NCBI GenBank assembly: GCA_902478645.1
Contig: CABSLV010000004.1
Location: forward strand, 24,411 to 88,410
Length of the DNA: 64,000 nucleotides
Reading direction: 5' to 3'
Source: an uncultured Flavobacteriales bacterium
GTDB lineage: Bacteria > Bacteroidota > Bacteroidia > Flavobacteriales > UBA1820
Part shown: in pieces, positions 59,776-64,000 of the stretch
Position numbering within the stretch: the first letter of the stretch is position 1
Layout: every line of letters begins with the position of its first letter
Made by a program: the position numbers and the translations under genes
Notes under the pieces: model-generated
The model's database searches: none
Told to the model about the DNA's origin: nothing
The model's input: the letters and a program-made list of their open reading frames with translations, nothing else

Positions 59776-60861
59776 ATGTTAGACATTGCCCGCCTGCCGG
59801 CAGGAAAGCCTGCGTACCATACCCGTTGGACATGCCCCTCGAACATCGCCATCGTCAAATACTGGGGCAAACGGGAAGGCCAGCTCCCGGCCAACCCCTC
59901 GGTGAGCCTCACCCTGGAAGCCTGCTACACGGATACCACCCTCGACGTTTCGCTCCGCTGTGGGGAAGGAGACGACCGGCCGTACCGGATCGAGGTCCAG
60001 CTCGACGGGCAGCCGGCACCGGGATTCGTCCCCAAGATCGAACAGTTCTTCGACCGGATCGCCCCCTACGCACCCTATCTGCGCGACTATGCCTTCGTGC
60101 TGCACACCTCCAACAGTTTCCCGCATTCCTCGGGCATTGCTTCGTCGGCTTCGGGCCTGGGAGCCTTGGCCGCCTGCCTGGTGGATTTTGAAAATGCCTG
60201 CTCCGCTCCCTTGGCGCAGGAGGACTTCCTGCGGCGGGTATCGTTTTACGCCCGGTTGGGGTCGGGAAGTGCCTCCCGAAGCATTTATCCCGGTGTCGTC
60301 CTGTGGGGGGAATGCCCCTCGGTACCCTCCTCGTCCGACCTGTACGCCGTACCACTCCCCGAGGCGGACATCCACCCCGTATTCCGAGACCTGCGGGACA
60401 CCGTCCTGCTGATCGAACACGGAGCCAAAAGCGTATCCAGCACCGCCGGACACGCCCTGATGAAAGGGCATCCGTATGCCCCGGCGCGGTTTGCCCAAGC
60501 CCGAGAGCACGTGGAACGCCTGCGGGAAATCCTCCGACGGGGCGACGTAGCGGCATTCGGAGCCTTGGCCGAGCGCGAAGCACTGACCCTGCACGCGATG
60601 ATGATGGCCGCCGACCCGTGTTACATCCTGTTCAAACCGGCGACGATTGCCGTGCTGGACGCCGTATGGCAATACCGGAAAGAGACTCTCGTGCCCCTTT
60701 ACTTCACGCTCGATGCCGGCGCCAACGTACACTTGCTCTATCCGGCCTCGGCCGAAGTGCCCGTTCGGGAATTCCTCGCCACTGCCCTCTCTCCCCTGTG
60801 CCAAGGGAGAATGATCCACGACCGGGTCGGGACACAAGGGGTCCGAAAAGCCGCCTTGTAA
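59776..60861 (+). CDS. Diphosphomevalonate decarboxylase-like GHMP kinase-fold enzyme
   Basis: SNIAIVKYWGKREGQLPANPSVSLTL and NSFPHSSGIASSASGLGALAACL motifs. Start trimmed to 59776. Confidence 0.8.
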   Translation: MLDIARLPAGKPAYHTRWTCPSNIAIVKYWGKREGQLPANPSVSLTLEACYTDTTLDVSLRCGEGDDRPYRIEVQLDGQPAPGFVPKIEQFFDRIAPYAPYLRDYAFVLHTSNSFPHSSGIASSASGLGALAACLVDFENACSAPLAQEDFLRRVSFYARLGSGSASRSIYPGVVLWGECPSVPSSSDLYAVPLPEADIHPVFRDLRDTVLLIEHGAKSVSSTAGHALMKGHPYAPARFAQAREHVERLREILRRGDVAAFGALAEREALTLHAMMMAADPCYILFKPATIAVLDAVWQYRKETLVPLYFTLDAGANVHLLYPASAEVPVREFLATALSPLCQGRMIHDRVGTQGVRKAAL

Positions 60862-60871
60862 GTTCTGCAGT

Positions 60872-60917
60872 TGCCGGGAAAGGGGCATAAAAAAGCCGCA
60901 CCCCGATGGGGTGCGGC
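60872..60917. repeat. 46-bp direct repeat, copy 1 (contains a terminator hairpin)
   Basis: tgccgggaaaggggcataaaaaagccgcaccccgatggggtgcggc is identical to 61599-61644. The hairpin gccgcacccc-gat-ggggtgcggc is preceded by A6, so it reads as a terminator on the minus strand after the 140-aa ORF. Confidence 0.9.
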
Positions 60918-60940
60918 TCTACTGCCGGGCAGAAAAGTCC

Positions 60941-61363
60941 TCACAGCTTCTTGCGGCGGGACTGCGCGGCATACAAAGCCGACAACTCGTCGAACTCTTT
61001 GTGCAAGGCCGCTAATCTCTCCGGATCCTTTTCAATAATACAAGCTGAACGCATATATGATTTTTTTACAATGATATTCTGTATATCAAACCTGTGGATA
61101 ATTTTCATCCCAGTCATAATCATAACCCGCGATAATGCATTCAACTCATTGCTCCAAAATGCACCTCGTTGACTGTTTTCTGCCCTATCCATCACAGTAT
61201 CTGCTTTTGTTAGAAAGCGTTCTATTTCCTCTTTAGAAATAGGTAATTTCCCCCCCTCTAAGATCCGATGAGCGGTATCGCATAAGAGAGTCAAGGCCGG
61301 TTCGAAATCGTTTGCATCGACCAATTCATCGACCTTTTTGTACAAAGAAGTAAAATCTATCAT
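60941..61363 (-). CDS. Hypothetical protein (140 aa), compositionally chimeric ORF
   Basis: ATG at 61363. No family recognised. The 5' roughly 340 nt are AT-rich, while the last 70-80 nt (encoding ...LHKEFDELSALYAAQSRRKKL) are host-like GC-rich. Confidence 0.5.
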   Translation of the reverse strand: MIDFTSLYKKVDELVDANDFEPALTLLCDTAHRILEGGKLPISKEEIERFLTKADTVMDRAENSQRGAFWSNELNALSRVMIMTGMKIIHRFDIQNIIVKKSYMRSACIIEKDPERLAALHKEFDELSALYAAQSRRKKL

Positions 61364-61401
61364 GGCTTTATCGGTTTTATGGTGTTAAACATGGTTCACG
61401 G

Positions 61402-61598
61402 TTACATTTCCAATCGCATCACCCGCTGAGGTTTTGTCCATTTATCTCTATTAGGCACGTATATCTGGAGGAGGCCGCCCTCGGTCCGGTAGATGCCGTT
61501 CTGGATTGGAGCGATTTCGCTCTCAAAGATAGGGATTCCCTCCTTGAGCTCTTCCTGTTTCGGCGTAATTTTGTAGATATAGTATTGCCGGGCCCGGC
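61402..61598 (-). pseudogene. Start-less ORF fragment (probable gene remnant)
   Basis: The reading frame ...ARQYYIYKITPKQEELKEGIPIFESEIAPIQNGIYRTEGGLLQIYVPNRDKWTKPQRVMRLEM has no ATG/GTG/TTG until near its end. The track ORF gets its start (TTG 61662) only by reading through repeat copy 2 and its terminator hairpin. Confidence 0.45.
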
Positions 61599-61644
61599 TG
61601 CCGGGAAAGGGGCATAAAAAAGCCGCACCCCGATGGGGTGCGGC
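61599..61644. repeat. 46-bp direct repeat, copy 2 (contains a terminator hairpin)
   Basis: Identical to 60872-60917. Flanked by A-runs on both sides. It lies directly downstream of the stop of the 61666-61884 ORF on the minus strand. Confidence 0.9.
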
Positions 61645-61665
61645 AAAAAAATAGAAGAACAATGC

Positions 61666-61884
61666 TTACATAGGTTTGGGATATTCTGCCAAAAATTCCC
61701 GCTTGAAATCCTCCCATAGCGAAAAACTCTCGCGCAACACCGCCTCCAACTCGTCGTAATCGCCGAAAAAAGGATAAAGCGGTACTTGTTCCCGAGGAAC
61801 ATTCATCAACAATCCATACAATCCCATCCATATCCTCGATAAGGGACGTACTAATTTTTTATCACGAAATACAGCCCAAATCAA
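61666..61884 (-). CDS. Hypothetical small protein (72 aa from TTG, or 53 aa from the ATG at 61827)
   Basis: Open frame ending ...DYDELEAVLRESFSLWEDFKREFLAEYPKPM. No family recognised. Followed by a terminator hairpin. Confidence 0.35.
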   Translation of the reverse strand: MIWAVFRDKKLVRPLSRIWMGLYGLLMNVPREQVPLYPFFGDYDELEAVLRESFSLWEDFKREFLAEYPKPM

Positions 61885-62002
61885 TTCTACCTGACCATAT
61901 TCAAGTGCTATATTAAATTTGGGTAATTATATACAAGTTTACACCAACACATTTTTGTTTGTGTATTTTTTTACTATATTTGTGTCGTGATCGAATTTAA
62001 TT

Positions 62003-62911
62003 ATGAAAGACTTCAATTCATTAATAGAGTTATTCATAGCTTTCCCGGATGAACAAAGTTGCATTAATCATTTGGAACGACTTCGTTGGAATGGAATTGT
62101 TGTTAGTCCATTTGATCCTACATCGAAAGTCTATAAATGCAAATATAACAAATATAGATGCAAAAACACAGGGAAATATTTCAATGTCAAGACGAATACT
62201 CTTTTTGATAGCTCAAAAATTGAACTAAGAAAGTGGTTTGCTGCTATATGGCTTGTTACATCCCACAAAAAAGGTATTTCCTCTTTACAGTTAAGTAGAG
62301 ATATAGATGTAACACAGAAGACAGCATGGTTTATGCTTCAACGTATTCGTAATTGTTTTGGAATAGAAAACAACGATAAACTTAGCAACACCGTTGAAGT
62401 TGATGAAACCTATATAGGAGGAAAAAACAAGAATAGACACACTAACAAGAGAGTAACAGGTTCACAAGGGCGCAGCGTAAAAGACAAATCACCTGTTCTT
62501 GGAATGGTGGAGCGAAAAGGGAAACTTGTAGCAAAAGTTGTGAAGAATACAAGCGGAGGTATATTAACTCCACAGATCATTAATTTTGTTAAAGATGCTC
62601 TTATATATACCGATGAATGGTGGGGATACAATTCTATCAAAAAGTTGTTCAAACACAGCTATGTCAATCACCGATCTAATGAATATGTAAGAGGAGATGT
62701 ATATACAAATACTATTGAAGGTTTTTGGTCGATTCTAAAACGAGGAATTATAGGTATCTACCACTTTACATCAAAACAACACTTGCAACGTTACGTGGAT
62801 GAGTTTGTTTTCAGATACAACACAAGAAAACATACGGATGGAGAGAGATTTAATCTTCTGATCAGAAACAATGAACATCGTTTAACTTATAAAGAATTGA
62901 TATATGGATAA
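62003..62911 (+). mobile_element. IS1595-family (ISXO2-like) transposase gene
   Basis: 302 aa. The N-terminal zinc-ribbon region (CINHLERLRWNG...YKCKYNKYRCKN...) is followed by a DDE_Tnp_IS1595-like core (VEVDETYIGGK...IYTDEWWGYN...NTIEGFWSILKR). Very AT-rich relative to the backbone. TATATTTG box at 61975-61982. IS ends not identified. Confidence 0.8.
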
Positions 62912-63851
62912 TAGAGTAAGAAATCGTGGAGAGTTGGATTTAGCAGGGATAAAAATACCTTGTTATGTTCTTGAAGATGGAACAAGAGTATTGTCAGGAA
63001 GAGGAATGCAAGAAGCTCTAAATATGGTTGATGATAATGGAAAAACATCGGGCCATAGGATATTGAGATATTTGAGTCAAAAAACACTTAAACCATTTAT
63101 TTTCAAGGATAAAGGGTTGGGCCACTTTAATCCATTAACTTGTTATGATGGAAATAAGAAAATAAACGGTTATGAGGCTACCGTATTAGTTGATATATGT
63201 GATGCTTTTTTAGAGGCAAGAAAACACATAAAACTATCATCAAGGCAGGCTATTATTGCTGACCAATGTGAAATACTCGTTAGGGCGTTTGCTCGATTAG
63301 GTATAATCGCCCTTGTCGATGAGGCAACAGGATACCAAAATGAAAGGGAGCATCTTGAACTTCAAAAGATATTAAGTGCATATATATCCGATGAAATTCT
63401 AAAATGGCAACTTACATTTACGGATGATTTCTATCGCGAGATATATCGCTTATGGGGACTTCCTTTTATTCCTAAATATATTCGACAAAAGCCTTCATTT
63501 ATTGGGAAGCTTACACGTAAATATATATATGAAGAATTACCTAAAGGTGTGGTCGAAAAGATACAAGAAAAAGTAGAGAAAACTGAAAAAGGAAACTGGA
63601 AATACAAGTGGCACCAAACCCTTACCCCAGAAATTGGTCGAGAACATTTGAAACGTCAAATTATTGAGGTTACAACACTGATGTCAATATCTCAATCAAA
63701 GGAACAGTTTGATGCTTTATTCCAACAAAAGTATCATAAGGTTGTACAACTGGAAATGGAGTTCAATGAAGTAGTTGAAGAGCCTAAAACATATGATTTC
63801 GATACAAAATTGATGATTGCATTATCATCCAATCCCCATAGAAAGGAATAA
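62904..63851 (+). CDS. P63C-domain protein
   Basis: 315 aa. The pattern IPCYVLEDGTRVLSGRGMQEAL...GYEATVLVDICDAFLEAR...IIALVDEATGYQ...FYREIYRLWG is typical of phage/Bro-associated P63C domain proteins (from memory). 8-nt overlap (ATGGATAA) with the transposase gene. Confidence 0.7.
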   Translation: MDNRVRNRGELDLAGIKIPCYVLEDGTRVLSGRGMQEALNMVDDNGKTSGHRILRYLSQKTLKPFIFKDKGLGHFNPLTCYDGNKKINGYEATVLVDICDAFLEARKHIKLSSRQAIIADQCEILVRAFARLGIIALVDEATGYQNEREHLELQKILSAYISDEILKWQLTFTDDFYREIYRLWGLPFIPKYIRQKPSFIGKLTRKYIYEELPKGVVEKIQEKVEKTEKGNWKYKWHQTLTPEIGREHLKRQIIEVTTLMSISQSKEQFDALFQQKYHKVVQLEMEFNEVVEEPKTYDFDTKLMIALSSNPHRKE

Positions 63852-64000
63852 CTGGATGAATGTAATTATATATGTAAGAAAACACATCTTCCACGATTTG
63901 TATTATACATATAAAATCTTCATTCTTCATATCTTCATGGAATAGAAATATTTTTGTAATACAAAAACAACTAATAAATTTGCTACATGAACTGGAACAA

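Noticed and set aside
61402-61662. An 86-aa intact minus-strand gene
   Set aside because: Its only start (TTG 61662) and first roughly 21 codons are the translation of the 46-bp repeat, including a terminator hairpin that serves the upstream ORF. No start codon exists downstream of the repeat until the last few codons. It is treated as a remnant.
61923-61933. The 11-bp direct repeat gtaattatata (also at 63862-63872) as target-site duplication of an IS1595 + P63C element
   Set aside because: No inverted repeats lie immediately inside the two copies. The sequence is simple AT-rich DNA where an 11-mer match is plausible by chance. IS1595-family duplications are expected to be about 8 bp.

Overview
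High-GC, gene-dense chromosomal segment with Bacteroidota hallmarks: TTTG/TAnnTTTG promoters, lipoprotein signals, purine-rich rather than Shine-Dalgarno leaders, and a FeoA-FeoB fusion. By inference it is probably a Rikenellaceae/Alistipes-like Bacteroidales. Most of the window is housekeeping. It includes a mutS 5' end, rSAM, rsmE, tsaD, tamB, trmN6, feoAB, rdgB, buk-ptb, clpX-clpP, tig, ogt, galE, lepA, purE, upp and a GH20 hexosaminidase. It also holds a 12-kb ilvD-ilvB-ilvN-ilvC-leuA-leuC-leuD-leuB-ilvA operon on the minus strand, and four tRNAs (Leu-UAA, Gly-GCC, Gly-CCC, Phe-GAA). Many long ORFs in the track are antisense artefacts of the high GC content. Five things stand out. (1) At 30.4-34.5 kb, two paralogous 54-codon micro-ORFs have identical C-terminal 27 residues, and all 7 nucleotide differences between them are synonymous. 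They bracket a 124-bp AT-rich segment flanked by a perfect 15-bp inverted repeat, which is a candidate invertible promoter. This sits upstream of a 1134-aa fimbrillin-like/GLUG surface lipoprotein. (2) An intact, host-GC, orphan SPP1-type phage portal gene has its own consensus promoter and lies between ogt and tig. (3) A membrane-anchored GNAT fusion gene is wedged between tig and clpP. (4) A complete promoter, BCAA-rich leader peptide and terminator/antiterminator attenuator precedes ilvD. (5) From 60.9 kb to the window end there is a mosaic, AT-rich accessory region. It holds duplicated 46-bp terminator-containing repeats, orphan small ORFs and an IS1595-type transposase that overlaps a P63C-domain gene. 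All protein family calls come from my own motif recognition. No database search was run.
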